From positions 448,001 to 512,000 of the forward strand of contig CAWBYW010000007.1 in the NCBI GenBank assembly GCA_963792965.1: 64,000 nucleotides of DNA. Reading direction: 5' to 3'. Shown in pieces: positions 1 to 10,260 of this stretch. Source of the DNA: an uncultured delta proteobacterium. GTDB lineage: Bacteria; Desulfobacterota; Zymogenia; Zymogenales; Zymogenaceae. Under the pieces are notes generated by a model, which had not been told where the DNA came from, ran no database searches, and saw nothing but the letters and a program-made list of their open reading frames with translations. Made by a program: the position numbers and the translations under genes. Numbering within the stretch: position 1 is the stretch's first letter; every line of letters begins with the position of its first letter.

Positions 1-206
1 AGGACCTCATGGCTGATAACGCCCTTTTCCCTGAGGAGCCGCGCGGTATCGGAAAGAGTGTCCCCCTTCTCGATCTCCACAACAATCGGCTCTTTAAGCG
101 TGCCGGCGGGTATGAGAAAGGTCCGATACGCAAACCAGACGCCGCCGGCCGCGCAAAGCACCAGGATACTAAGCGACAAGACGATTATTCTTTTCATTAT
201 TTTCAT
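1..206 (-). CDS. mltG: Endolytic transglycosylase MltG (YceG), N-terminal part; runs off window edge
   Basis: Manual translation MKIMKRIIVLSLSILVLCAAGGVWFAYRTFLIPAG...VVEIEKGDTLSDTARLLREKGVI: TM anchor plus the typical MltG N-terminal motif; directly downstream of ruvX. Confidence 0.75.
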   Translation of the reverse strand, partial: MKIMKRIIVLSLSILVLCAAGGVWFAYRTFLIPAGTLKEPIVVEIEKGDTLSDTARLLREKGVISHEV

Positions 207-222
207 TGATCCGTGCTTCATA

Positions 223-660
223 TTATTTCTCGTCGTCGGCCCGGGGAAACGACTGTCCGCCGCCGCTCCTGAGCCACTTTTCGAGGATAATCGCTGCGGC
301 TATACTGTCGATAGATTTTCTCCTCTTTTTTCTCCCGATGTCAGCGCTGATCATGAGTCGCTCGGCCTCGCTGGTGGTGAGTCGCTCGTCCATATAAACC
401 AGCGGGACGCTCGTCTTATTCCTGAGCTCCTTAGTAAACTCCTCGACCTTTTCTACGCGCTCTCCCCGGCTACCATCCATGTTGATCGGGAGCCCGATAA
501 CGACCTTTCCGACCTCCCTTTCAATGACGATCTGAGCGATCGTGCTCGCGACGTCGCCTTTTCTCTCGATGGTCATGAGAGGCTGTGCGAAGGTGCCCAT
601 CGGGTCGCTGATCGCAAGTCCGATCCTCTTGTCCCCCACGTCGAGCGCCAGGGTTCTCAC
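223..660 (-). CDS. ruvX: Holliday junction resolvase-like / pre-16S rRNA nuclease RuvX (YqgF)
   Basis: LALDVGDKRIGLAISDP, VIGLP, DERLTT, DSIAAAIILE motifs; GTG start at 660. Confidence 0.93.
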   Translation of the reverse strand: MRTLALDVGDKRIGLAISDPMGTFAQPLMTIERKGDVASTIAQIVIEREVGKVVIGLPINMDGSRGERVEKVEEFTKELRNKTSVPLVYMDERLTTSEAERLMISADIGRKKRRKSIDSIAAAIILEKWLRSGGGQSFPRADDEK

Positions 661-766
661 ACAAGCACCCGATGCCGAAAGCGTGGACATACTGAAGCCG
701 TTTCTTGTCCCGTCGCACTCACCGACGTTCCGAGGTCCCCGAGCGATGGCAGTCGATAACGCGTCT

Positions 767-1615
767 CTATTTTCCTCCGGTTGACGGCGGGACGTAGTCC
801 TGAACCCATCTCTTTTCGAGCATTCCCAGTCTCCCGTCCCCCTTGAGAATCTCGAGGAAGTTGTTGACCCAGTTCAGCAGGTCGACGTCGCCCTTCCGCA
901 TGCCGACGGCGATCGGCTCAAAAGTGAACGGCTCCAACAGCGCGATGGTGTTCCTTGGGTATTTCTTTGCAAAGAGAAATATCTTCGTTTTTTCGGCGAT
1001 ATAGGCTTTTGCTCTTCCCTCGATGACCTCGCGCACCGCGTCCTCGTCGTTGTCAAACCTGATGACCTGCGCGTCGGGGATATACCGATCCAGTACCATA
1101 TCGTCGGAAAACGTGGTCGTCACCGGCGTATCCTTTCGGTTGAGATCTCGATAGGTATCGATTCGTGCCGCATCGTTGATATTGATCAATAGACTCTTTC
1201 CCGAAAGATAGTATGGTGCGGAGAAATTGATCGCCTTGTTGCGCTCCATCGTAACGGACATAGCCGAGATAAGGAGATCGAACTTGCTGTCGACCAGCGC
1301 GGGGATAATGCCGTCCCAGTTCGTTTGCACGATCTCAAGGGTTACCCCCAATTCATCGGCCATCATTCGTGCCAGGTCCACGTCAAAGCCGACGATTTCG
1401 CCGTTTGCATTCTTCATTTCGAACGGTTGGTACCTGATATCCGAGACATCCATCCCCACCATGAGCTTTCCCCGCTGCATTATGGCGGTCAGGTCCGAGC
1501 TTGCCGCGATTGTGTCCGGATTTACGGAAAGGCTACCGTTATTTTTTCGTGAGCAGGAAAGAATACTCACACAGACCACAACGATGGAAATCACGACACC
1601 AATATTTCTATACAT
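767..1615 (-). CDS. Polar amino acid ABC transporter substrate-binding lipoprotein (family 3)
   Basis: Lipobox ILSC; GFDVDLA, WDGIIPAL, INFSAPYY motifs. Confidence 0.88.
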   Translation of the reverse strand: MYRNIGVVISIVVVCVSILSCSRKNNGSLSVNPDTIAASSDLTAIMQRGKLMVGMDVSDIRYQPFEMKNANGEIVGFDVDLARMMADELGVTLEIVQTNWDGIIPALVDSKFDLLISAMSVTMERNKAINFSAPYYLSGKSLLININDAARIDTYRDLNRKDTPVTTTFSDDMVLDRYIPDAQVIRFDNDEDAVREVIEGRAKAYIAEKTKIFLFAKKYPRNTIALLEPFTFEPIAVGMRKGDVDLLNWVNNFLEILKGDGRLGMLEKRWVQDYVPPSTGGK

Positions 1616-1825
1616 TTTTCAACCTTGATTTCTTCGTACGCGATATGGGGATAAAGCGGCCGATATCGGAGAAGCCAAGAAGCGGAGAGGTTCACATTCC
1701 ACGATATTTCAATAGATTATTCCAATCTTTCCGAGCTCGGGGAACCGTACCTTCTTTTCTCTGTCCGTTTCCGGTCTTGCATACCTCTCCCCTCTTTCCC
1801 TCGTCCCCTTCCCATAGTTGACCTG

Positions 1826-2560
1826 CTACAGAATCTGGCTCAGGAAGAGTTTTGCTCGGTCCGTCTTCGGGTTAAGGAAGAAATCGTCTGGTTTCCCTTC
1901 CTCGACAATTCTTCCGTCGTCCATGAAGATAACGCGGTCCCCCACCTCCCGGGCAAATCCCATTTCATGGGTTACGACCACCATCGTCATCCCCTCCCGC
2001 GCCAATGACTTCATGACGTCGAGAACCTCGCCGATCATTTCCGGGTCCAGCGCGGATGTCGGTTCATCAAAGAGCATGATCTTGGGCTGCATGGCAAGCG
2101 CCCGCGCAATGGCCACGCGCTGCTGCTGGCCGCCTGAGAGCTTGGGGGGGTACACGTTGGCCTTATCGAAGATGCCGACCTTTTCCAGAAGCTCATTGGC
2201 AATCCTCATTGACTCATCAAACGTCCGCTTTCTGACCACCAATTGTGCGAGGGTGATGTTTTCCATGACGGTCTTGTGGGGAAAGAGGTTGAAATGCTGA
2301 AAGACCATCCCGATTTCCTCGCGTACCTCATGGATCTTGCACTTTGGGTCACAGACGTCGACGCCGTCGACTGTAATGCTGCCCCGGTCTATCTGTTCCA
2401 ACTGGTTGATGCAGCGCAGGAATGTCGATTTTCCCGAACCGGACGGCCCGCACGCTACGACGACCTCGCCGGGGTAGATATCGGCCGAGACGTCCTGAAG
2501 CGCCCGGACGTGGCCGAAGTTTTTATAGACGTTCTTTATCTTAATGATCGGTTCTGCCAC
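1826..2560 (-). CDS. Polar amino acid ABC transporter ATP-binding protein (GlnQ family)
   Basis: [35 protein letters not shown]. Confidence 0.95.
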   Translation of the reverse strand: MAEPIIKIKNVYKNFGHVRALQDVSADIYPGEVVVACGPSGSGKSTFLRCINQLEQIDRGSITVDGVDVCDPKCKIHEVREEIGMVFQHFNLFPHKTVMENITLAQLVVRKRTFDESMRIANELLEKVGIFDKANVYPPKLSGGQQQRVAIARALAMQPKIMLFDEPTSALDPEMIGEVLDVMKSLAREGMTMVVVTHEMGFAREVGDRVIFMDDGRIVEEGKPDDFFLNPKTDRAKLFLSQIL

Positions 2561-2583
2561 AGTTGTTCCTCTTCCCTATTTAG

Positions 2584-4377
2584 TTACTCCGTTGCCATGA
2601 TCTTTTCCATGTTCCAGACGACTTTTGAAAGGATCAGGGTGATAACGAGGTAGATGAGCGCTACCATCGTATAGGCCTGAAACGCGACGAAATAGACCGC
2701 CGTAAATTCCCGGCCGAGACGGAGGATATCCGCAACTGCTATAATCGATACCAATGATGAGTCTTTCAAAAGTGCGATGAAGTCATTGCCGACCGGCGGC
2801 AGGATTACCTTAACCGCCTGAGGCAGGATGACCTGGCGCATCGTCTGGTAGTTTGTCATTCCGAGGGATTTGGCCGCTTCGACCTGTCCCTTGGAAATGG
2901 ATTGGATCCCCGCCCGGAAGGTTTCTGCCAGGTAGGCTCCGTAACACCACGACATGGCGGTGATCGCCGACACGAGCGGAGGGAGATTGAGGAGGCTGCC
3001 CAGCCCAAAGTGGATGTAGAACAACTGAACCAGGAGCGGTACTCCACGCACGACCTCTACGTAGACCGAGGCGATGCCTTTAATAAAGGCGTTCTTGGAC
3101 AGCTTCCCAAGGCCGGCAAGCATTCCCAACATGAGCGCAATAAACATGGCGGCGATCGTTACCTCGAAGGTCACCACGATGCCGGGGATTACGAACGAAA
3201 ATACGTTACTGTACGGCCACGGGTAGAACTCGATGAGAATAATTATCGTCGCAATCGCGGCAAATAGAGAGACCCGCCAGGCGTTGTACGTGTCCATGTA
3301 GATCGAATGCTTAAACGCCCCCATCTTCACTTCATGGCTGACCTGGATTTTCTCGAGCTCCCGGTTTATCCTCCAAAGCAGGATACAAACGACCGCCGCA
3401 AAAATAAACAAGATGCAGCCGATTACGAAACTCGGAGATATAATCCCCTGAACGTTACCGGCAAAGAACTTATCGAAAAACTTAAAAAGTGCGAGCCCAA
3501 ACTTCGACCGCGCTCCTACCACCTCCAACTCTTCGGTTACGATCTTCCTGAGCATGGGAATATCAAAACCCGAGATGTAGACGGATACCCTTATGAGGAA
3601 TTCTTTGATATGCCAGCCCGTAAACCAGTCCCAAAGGTTACGGGTGAAGATAATTCCAAATCCTATAAGAAAATAGATCGCGTTCCTGTAGATGTGAGAC
3701 ATCTCGGAGATCTTCTTGATCTCCTCGGTGTTGAGCATGATTATTTCTTTTCGACGGATCGGGATTTTCATGAAGAAGAGGTAATGGAATGCGGCGATGA
3801 GCCACACGACGATTGTGGCCATCAAGAGGTAAAAGACAACGTGAAAGGTGAAGCTCAGGGGCAATATCCTGAAATTGATCCCAAAGTAGATGGTATTACC
3901 GGAGATAACGTCTGACATGAGATAGGGAAAAGGCCCCTTTTCATTGAGGTCGGAAATCCCCGAGCCGACGACAAGGGTATAAATAAAAATAGCAGCAATA
4001 GAGAGGACTATCGCGATATTAATAATACTCAGGTACTTCTTGGCCGCGTATTTCCTCTTCAAAAGGAGGTTCGCCGCCGCAACTATCGGAACCAGCATGA
4101 TAATGATAAACCCGATGACGAGCCCGGGCCGTAGCTCCCACATGATAGCCCGGTAGGCCTGTTCGGAAATCTTATCGAAAACGGCAATAGTGCTTGAGGC
4201 GTACGCGGAGATCATCAGGAAGAAATAGAACGCAATACCGATGATTCCGAGGAAGATATGAAAGGTTACAAGGCGTTCCTTGTTGGTCTTTTCAATTCCG
4301 CTCTGGTTCACGAGATCCATTAACAGCCAGAGCCAGAAGACGAGGTACGATATCGCAATAAGGCTGATCGCGGTCAT
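2584..4377 (-). CDS. Amino acid ABC transporter permease (HisM/GlnP type) with long N-terminal multi-TM extension
   Basis: C-terminal ~215 aa have RGVPLLVQL, AYLAETFRAGI, GQVEAAKSLG, LKDSSLVS; N-terminal ~380 aa are hydrophobic and unassigned. Confidence 0.85.
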   Translation of the reverse strand: MTAISLIAISYLVFWLWLLMDLVNQSGIEKTNKERLVTFHIFLGIIGIAFYFFLMISAYASSTIAVFDKISEQAYRAIMWELRPGLVIGFIIIMLVPIVAAANLLLKRKYAAKKYLSIINIAIVLSIAAIFIYTLVVGSGISDLNEKGPFPYLMSDVISGNTIYFGINFRILPLSFTFHVVFYLLMATIVVWLIAAFHYLFFMKIPIRRKEIIMLNTEEIKKISEMSHIYRNAIYFLIGFGIIFTRNLWDWFTGWHIKEFLIRVSVYISGFDIPMLRKIVTEELEVVGARSKFGLALFKFFDKFFAGNVQGIISPSFVIGCILFIFAAVVCILLWRINRELEKIQVSHEVKMGAFKHSIYMDTYNAWRVSLFAAIATIIILIEFYPWPYSNVFSFVIPGIVVTFEVTIAAMFIALMLGMLAGLGKLSKNAFIKGIASVYVEVVRGVPLLVQLFYIHFGLGSLLNLPPLVSAITAMSWCYGAYLAETFRAGIQSISKGQVEAAKSLGMTNYQTMRQVILPQAVKVILPPVGNDFIALLKDSSLVSIIAVADILRLGREFTAVYFVAFQAYTMVALIYLVITLILSKVVWNMEKIMATE

Positions 4378-4397
4378 GGCATTTTCCGGATTGAGAC

Positions 4398-4427
4398 AAA
4401 AAAAGAGGCGGGGCTTAAAGCCCCGCC
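4398..4427 (-). terminator. Intrinsic terminator / stabilising hairpin after the substrate-binding protein gene
   Basis: GGCGGGGC-TTAAA-GCCCCGCC stem followed by a T7 run on the minus strand. Confidence 0.7.
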
Positions 4428-4445
4428 CGTGTTATCCTGCTGATA

Positions 4446-5246
4446 TTATTTCAGTTTCCACTTCGCTTCTAACTCGGCGATCTTTTCGGGGGTCACACCC
4501 TTAAGGCCCTTGTTCATCAGATCGACAACCTTGGCGTTGCCCTTCTTGATGCAGATGCCATAGGGCTCCGGCTTGTCGTTAACCCTCGGATTGGTCACGA
4601 CCAGCTTGTCCTTGTAGGACGGATTCACGAGGGCGTAGTTGAATGCGACGGGATGGTCGCACACGACCGCGTCGACATCGCCCTTAAGGAGGGCCTCGAT
4701 GGCAAGGCCGTTGTCGTCATAGTTTACGAGCTTGACGTTGGGATCCTTGCCCACGAAGATGGCGCCGGTGGTCCCGATCTGGGCGCCGACCTTCTTTCCC
4801 TTCAGATCGGCAAGGCTCTTATACTTTTCACCGTCGACCTTGCGAACGATAAGGGCCTGGTAGATCGTGTAGTACGGATCGGAGAAATCGTAGGTCTGTT
4901 TCCGCTCGTCGGTGATGCTCACCGAGGAGATGACCGCATCGTAGTTTTTGTTATCAAGGCCAACGAATATGCCGTCCCAGGGGGTATTGACGAATTCGAC
5001 TTCAAACCCTGCGTTCTTTGCGATCTCTTTCATGAGGTCGATATCGAACCCGACGATCTCGCCCGTCGCGGCATCAACGGACTCAAAGGGCGGATATGCG
5101 GCGTCGGTGGCGACCTTCAGCTTAAGATTCTCGCCGACGGCGGTGGGGGTCATCACTTTCCCGCTGGGTTTGCAGCCCTGGAGTACGAGAGAGACGCCCA
5201 AGGCCATTACGGCCACGAGCAAAAGTGCGATAAGTTTCCTGTTCAT
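4446..5246 (-). CDS. Basic amino acid ABC transporter substrate-binding lipoprotein
   Basis: Lipobox LQGC; ATDAAYPPFE, GFDIDL, WDGIF, YDFSDPYY, GAQIGTTG. Confidence 0.9.
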   Translation of the reverse strand: MNRKLIALLLVAVMALGVSLVLQGCKPSGKVMTPTAVGENLKLKVATDAAYPPFESVDAATGEIVGFDIDLMKEIAKNAGFEVEFVNTPWDGIFVGLDNKNYDAVISSVSITDERKQTYDFSDPYYTIYQALIVRKVDGEKYKSLADLKGKKVGAQIGTTGAIFVGKDPNVKLVNYDDNGLAIEALLKGDVDAVVCDHPVAFNYALVNPSYKDKLVVTNPRVNDKPEPYGICIKKGNAKVVDLMNKGLKGVTPEKIAELEAKWKLK

Positions 5247-5443
5247 ACACTACTCTCCTCAAATAGTTAGTTTTTCTTTTGACCTTAGTCCATAAGACAG
5301 AACGAGGTTTAAAAAAAGAAAGTTCGTCTCAATTTCCTAAAATATCAATATATTCCGTCAATGTCAATACTTATTTGTACATAGTTCCCATTTTCTAAGG
5401 TAAGAGTTATCAATAATATCTCGATTCTTATCCACCTTTGGCC

Positions 5444-6154
5444 CTAATTATGCAATCTTTCGACCAATTTTGCGAGATTTCCGACCAGGATGCCAACCAT
5501 CCTATCTCCCTTCTCGCGGGACGCCTTTGTCGGATCACCCCAGACCCCGGACTTCCAATGCTCTCTTGTGTCTCGAACCAGCACCGGTCGAGGAAAGGCG
5601 GGCCAGTCCGCTGCGGGAAGCTCCCCGACTAAATCCGGCGCCAGCGCCATAATGAGGGACGTCTCGAACTCGCCCGCGTGTGAATCACCCTTCGTCTGAA
5701 GGATCTCGAAAAACTCCTTATCGCACAGATCGAGGTCTGTAATCACCGCGCATGAAATATCCTCATAGAGACCCATGAGCTCGTCGGCCGCTTCCAGGAG
5801 TGCCGCCATGTGGTTCATACCCGCGTGGCCGGAGTAAAGGATGAAGTTTTTCATTCCGTGTGAATGGAGCGCGTCTATCACGTCCCCCACGAGCGCCGTT
5901 AACGTGGAGGAGCGGATCCCTATCGTGCCGGGAAAAGATGCGGTGCTCCGGCAGACACCAAAGTTTATCGGAGGGGCCACAAAGCAAGGAATCAGCCGCG
6001 CGGTGCGCTTGGCGATCTCGTAGGCGTGAAAGATGTCGGTGTGCATCGGGAGGTGGGGCCCGTGTTCCTCGATCGATCCGAGGGGAACGATAACAGTCCG
6101 ACTCTTCTTCAGTCCCTCGGCAAACGCCTCGGTGGTCATGCTCTCAATAATCAT
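5444..6154 (-). CDS. Creatininase family amidohydrolase
   Basis: PLGSIEEHGPHLP, SGHAG, HAGEFETS, GVWGDP. Confidence 0.9.
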   Translation of the reverse strand: MIIESMTTEAFAEGLKKSRTVIVPLGSIEEHGPHLPMHTDIFHAYEIAKRTARLIPCFVAPPINFGVCRSTASFPGTIGIRSSTLTALVGDVIDALHSHGMKNFILYSGHAGMNHMAALLEAADELMGLYEDISCAVITDLDLCDKEFFEILQTKGDSHAGEFETSLIMALAPDLVGELPAADWPAFPRPVLVRDTREHWKSGVWGDPTKASREKGDRMVGILVGNLAKLVERLHN

Positions 6155-6234
6155 ATCTTCTCCCCTCCATCCACGCAAAGACTCCAATCCTGCGTCCCCT
6201 TTCCCGCCGACAAGGACCCCTCGGCCGTGTGCCT

Positions 6235-7002
6235 CTACGCCGTCGTTCCTCCGTCCAGCATAATGACCGAGCCGGTCATGAAGCTCGATGCTTCGGAGGC
6301 GAGGTAGACGGCCGCTCCGACCACCTCTTCGGGCTCACCGATTCGTCGCATCGGATTGGAGAGCTCGATCTGCTTCTTCAGATCGGCATTGCTCCAGAGG
6401 GGCTCTGAAAATTTCGTCTTGATCATCGCCAGCGCTATGGCGTTGACCTGGATGTTGTATGGAGCCAGCTCCACCGCGAGGTTCTTCGTCAGCATCTCGA
6501 CGCCCGCCTTGGCGACCCCATAGATGCCCAGCCCCGGGGTGGCTCTCCTGGCGGCGACGGTGCTGATATTGATGATCTTGCCCCTCTGCGCCGCCTTCAT
6601 CATCTTTGCTGCCCTCTGGCTGACCAGAAAGACCGCCTTGAGGTTCACGTCGATGATCTTTTCCCAGAGTGACAGGTCGGCGTCCACGATGCTCGGGGTG
6701 AAGATATTCATGCCGACGTTATTGACCACGATATCAAGCCCCCCGATCTCGGTGGAGATCTGGGCAAACAGGTTATCAATATCCGGGACGTTGCCGAGAT
6801 GGGCGGCCGTCGCCATTACCTTTGCCCCTTTTGCCTCAATCTTTTCCTTGGCCGCCGCCAGCGTATCCTGTTTCCTGCCGCAAATTACGATCGAGGCGGC
6901 GCCGGCCTCGGCAAACCCGAGGGCGATCGCCAGGCCGATCCCCCGACTTCCTCCGGTGATCAGCGCCCGTTTTCCCTTAAGCGAGAAGATATCACTATTC
7001 AC
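6235..7002 (-). CDS. Short-chain dehydrogenase/reductase
   Basis: TGGSRGIG, NNVG, YGVAK (YxxxK), DGG terminus. Confidence 0.92.
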   Translation of the reverse strand: MNSDIFSLKGKRALITGGSRGIGLAIALGFAEAGAASIVICGRKQDTLAAAKEKIEAKGAKVMATAAHLGNVPDIDNLFAQISTEIGGLDIVVNNVGMNIFTPSIVDADLSLWEKIIDVNLKAVFLVSQRAAKMMKAAQRGKIINISTVAARRATPGLGIYGVAKAGVEMLTKNLAVELAPYNIQVNAIALAMIKTKFSEPLWSNADLKKQIELSNPMRRIGEPEEVVGAAVYLASEASSFMTGSVIMLDGGTTA

Positions 7003-7103
7003 TCCGCACCCTCCGGTTATGTGTCATAAGAGGTCCTGTCCCTTGTATCACCGATTCGGATAAATTTCAAATTCTTTTTACCCCGGCGGCTTTTTGAGGA
7101 CGC

Positions 7104-9185
7104 TCATCGTATCAATTCTCTTATCCGCACCACATGTCTCTTTGCCGCATTGTTTTCCTCGGCGCTGTCCTCACGTCCGCCGAATCGCTGCCGGTAATAG
7201 ATATCAGTCAGAGCGTCGATGTCGCCGGATACGGCGGGGAAGCTTACCGCGACCCTCTCGGAGAATTCCCGCGGGGTCATCGAAGGCTCCTTTCTGACAC
7301 CCCTTTTCGCCAGGAAGCGCACCGCCGAAAGGTACGTGCGGATAACCCCACCGCCTCTCTTCTTCTGTTGTCCCCGGTCAGATACCAGACTCCGAATGGT
7401 GTGCCAGAAGAGGACCGAAAACAACACGGCAACACCGACAAAGATCGGAATCGCAACCGCCCATTTTTTCTCTTTCAGGCCCGCGAGAAACCTCTTGACA
7501 TTGCTTTGTGTGCCGGAGAACGTATCGCGGCCCTTCGTGGGCATGCCATGGATCCCCTGAATAAGCTTGAGCTGGTCTCCCATCTCGTAGTTCACGACGT
7601 AGATGTTCCATTTCATCACGAGATTATCGAACAGTTCCCGTATCGATGATCGCGCGAAGGGGGCGGAGAGCCCCGCGGGCGGGGTCGGCTCATAGACCGT
7701 CCACCCGGCGTCGTCGGTGTAGACTTCGACCCATGCGTGCGCATCGCTCGACCGGACGGTGAAAAAGGATCCCATTTCGTTATACTCCCCGGTAAGAAAC
7801 CCCGTTACGATTCGGGACGGGACCCCGGCGACCCTGAGCATGATCACCATGGCGGTGGCGAAGTGCTCGCAGTAACCCCGCTTTTCCCTGAAGAGGAAAT
7901 CGGCCAGCGGATCGTCACCGATCCCTTTGGGGTTGAGGTCATAGGACATGTTGGACAACAGCCAGTCCCGGACCAGCCGGGCCTTTATCGTGGGCGAGGG
8001 CTCGGCGCCAACTATCCCGGAGACAAGCGGCCTTATACGAGGATCCAACACCTTCGGCAGGCTGAGATAGACCGCGCGCTCTCCCGGGGAAAGCCGGACG
8101 GCGGACTCGGGGGATCTGGTGTCTACGTCCGTGGTCAGGACGGAGTCCACCGTATAGCGGATCTTATCGTTGGCGGAGCCGCCCATCTTGACCGTCCCAT
8201 ATGGGTCGGTGAAGATATCCTGGAAGGGACCGCTCAGGACCGCCGGATGTCCGAGGGAAAAGAGCACGCGGCTGTCGGCCGGCTCCAGGAAATATTCCTG
8301 GTGAATGAAACGCGAAGAGGTCTTGTCGTCCAGGATGAACCGATTCCCCATTCTTCTTGCCGCGAAGCTCTTCTTGTTTGACTTTTCCCAGTACTTTCCG
8401 TCAAAGGTGTCAAAGGAGGTGCCGCGCCAATAGACGTCCTTTCCGAGACGTGCGACATCGGCCTTGTCTATCACGATGCGCATGATGGTCTCGGAGGTGA
8501 TCTTCAGGTCTCCCACCTCTCCCAGCTCGACGTTATTGGAGAATCCCGGCACCCGGATAGGCGGAGCGATTGAGGAGGGGAAGAAACCGGCGGAAAGCCT
8601 CGGGAAGAAGATGAAGAACAGGGCCGTGGAGACGGCGGTAAAGGTCACCGATCCGAGCGTGAGCAAGGCAAGAACGGACCTCTTCAGCTCGATGTTACCC
8701 ACGCTCCCCCTGATTCTCTCGGCATCGGCGACCATCGTGAAGACAATCATCGTCGCCGTTGCAAGGACCAGGTAAAGAACAAAGAAAAGGAGAAAGGTGG
8801 GAGAAAAGGTCAATATGGTGGCGGCAACGACCGAGAACAGAGAGATGAGGTATACCTGGAGGTAATGACGCATCTCCGTCAGAAAAAGGAGCCTGACCGC
8901 CTGAACGGAGATGAGAAAGCCGGTCGTCGTGGCCACAAACGGACGGTCAAAGAAGAAAAAGCCGACCACCGACAGGACAAATATGGCAAGGATCGCCGCC
9001 GTGGCTACCGTGTCTGCCCGTGGGATCATAACCAGGCGCCTTCCGAAAAACCAGCTGGCCGCAATTGAGCTGACGATCACCCCGATCTCGAGGGCCGAGA
9101 GCTTTCCGGTGAAGATCAGGGTCAGAAAACCCGCCGTCGCCACCGCATAGCTCATGATCTTGAAGGTTTTCTTGAGATTCATCAA
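7104..9185 (-). CDS. DUF3488 / transglutaminase-like membrane protein (TgpA-like)
   Basis: N-terminal TM helices; YWRG, GYCEHFA, HAWVEV motifs; in moxR-DUF58 operon. Confidence 0.88.
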   Translation of the reverse strand: MMNLKKTFKIMSYAVATAGFLTLIFTGKLSALEIGVIVSSIAASWFFGRRLVMIPRADTVATAAILAIFVLSVVGFFFFDRPFVATTTGFLISVQAVRLLFLTEMRHYLQVYLISLFSVVAATILTFSPTFLLFFVLYLVLATATMIVFTMVADAERIRGSVGNIELKRSVLALLTLGSVTFTAVSTALFFIFFPRLSAGFFPSSIAPPIRVPGFSNNVELGEVGDLKITSETIMRIVIDKADVARLGKDVYWRGTSFDTFDGKYWEKSNKKSFAARRMGNRFILDDKTSSRFIHQEYFLEPADSRVLFSLGHPAVLSGPFQDIFTDPYGTVKMGGSANDKIRYTVDSVLTTDVDTRSPESAVRLSPGERAVYLSLPKVLDPRIRPLVSGIVGAEPSPTIKARLVRDWLLSNMSYDLNPKGIGDDPLADFLFREKRGYCEHFATAMVIMLRVAGVPSRIVTGFLTGEYNEMGSFFTVRSSDAHAWVEVYTDDAGWTVYEPTPPAGLSAPFARSSIRELFDNLVMKWNIYVVNYEMGDQLKLIQGIHGMPTKGRDTFSGTQSNVKRFLAGLKEKKWAVAIPIFVGVAVLFSVLFWHTIRSLVSDRGQQKKRGGGVIRTYLSAVRFLAKRGVRKEPSMTPREFSERVAVSFPAVSGDIDALTDIYYRQRFGGREDSAEENNAAKRHVVRIRELIR

Positions 9186-9249
9186 TTAACCTGTCGAAAT
9201 ACGGTCCGACGAGACGACATAAGAGACTCTCGGCTGACTTACCGTCCCC

Positions 9250-10254
9250 CTATATCTCGACGACGATCCCCGGTTCATCGTCCGTGGGCGGTATAGCTGT
9301 GCGCTCACGCGCGGCGTCGAAAACCGCGAGCTCTTCGAGGATGAATAGCAGGTGATCCCAGCCCCGATCGGGAAAGACCGAGGTATTTCCACAGACCAGA
9401 CCGACCGCGTACCCTTCCGTGATTAGGCGCGACGCCAACGAGGCGGCGCGCTCGATCTTCTCCTCCAGCAGATCGCTGTTGCCACCTTCATCCGGATGGA
9501 TCTTAATGGTGATCCTGCGTTCCTGCTCCCTGCTGAACTCCCTCCGCATGAATTTCCCCCGCTTTGCCGTGCTCTTCCAGTGAATATGTCGGGGGTTATC
9601 TCCCGGCTGAAAATCCTTCACGGAAAACGGGTCCGTGCCGTGCCCGACCCGCAAGATCGCCGTCTCTCCCTCCCTCCCCCTCGTGTCGTAGGGTGTCGCA
9701 TCGACCTCCGTTATCCTCGGGAAGACCAGCACCTGCTGTGTCTGCCGGACCTCCATCCCCTTGGTAAAGAGGCCGAAAGGAAAATTGGTCGAGACCTTGA
9801 TCGGGCCCATCTCATAGAGTCCACGCCTCGGGAATATCGTTTCGAGGAAGGCCTGGGCGTTCCCGTGCGCCCTTACCGACCCGATCAGGGCGGCCGATTT
9901 ACCGGTGGAGGCCGCCTCCACGACGAGAAGGAATGAAGGGATATGTCTCTTGTTGTTCTCGATCTCGATTTGAACGAGAGCGGGCGTTCGGGCAAAGAGG
10001 TGCTCCGGAAGATGCCGTTTTACGGTGAGGTTCCTCAGATCGATATTGGACAGGATCCCCGAGGCGATGATAAAGGAGAGCATGCCCCCCATGATGATAT
10101 AGAGCAGGTTGTTGCCGGTGTTCACGGCCGCAAGCTCCACGGCGATGACCAGGCCGATAAAGAACCACCCCGAGGTATTGATCTTCAGCGTGCGCGGCGG
10201 CCTGAGCCATTTAAGGAGAACACGCAGCGGCGAGAATCGTGGTTTTTCCGACAT
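9250..10254 (-). CDS. DUF58 domain-containing protein
   Basis: NTGNNLLY, RRG, FPFGLF, PGDNPRHIHWKSTAK. Confidence 0.9.
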   Translation of the reverse strand: MSEKPRFSPLRVLLKWLRPPRTLKINTSGWFFIGLVIAVELAAVNTGNNLLYIIMGGMLSFIIASGILSNIDLRNLTVKRHLPEHLFARTPALVQIEIENNKRHIPSFLLVVEAASTGKSAALIGSVRAHGNAQAFLETIFPRRGLYEMGPIKVSTNFPFGLFTKGMEVRQTQQVLVFPRITEVDATPYDTRGREGETAILRVGHGTDPFSVKDFQPGDNPRHIHWKSTAKRGKFMRREFSREQERRITIKIHPDEGGNSDLLEEKIERAASLASRLITEGYAVGLVCGNTSVFPDRGWDHLLFILEELAVFDAARERTAIPPTDDEPGIVVEI

Positions 10255-10260
10255 GATGTT

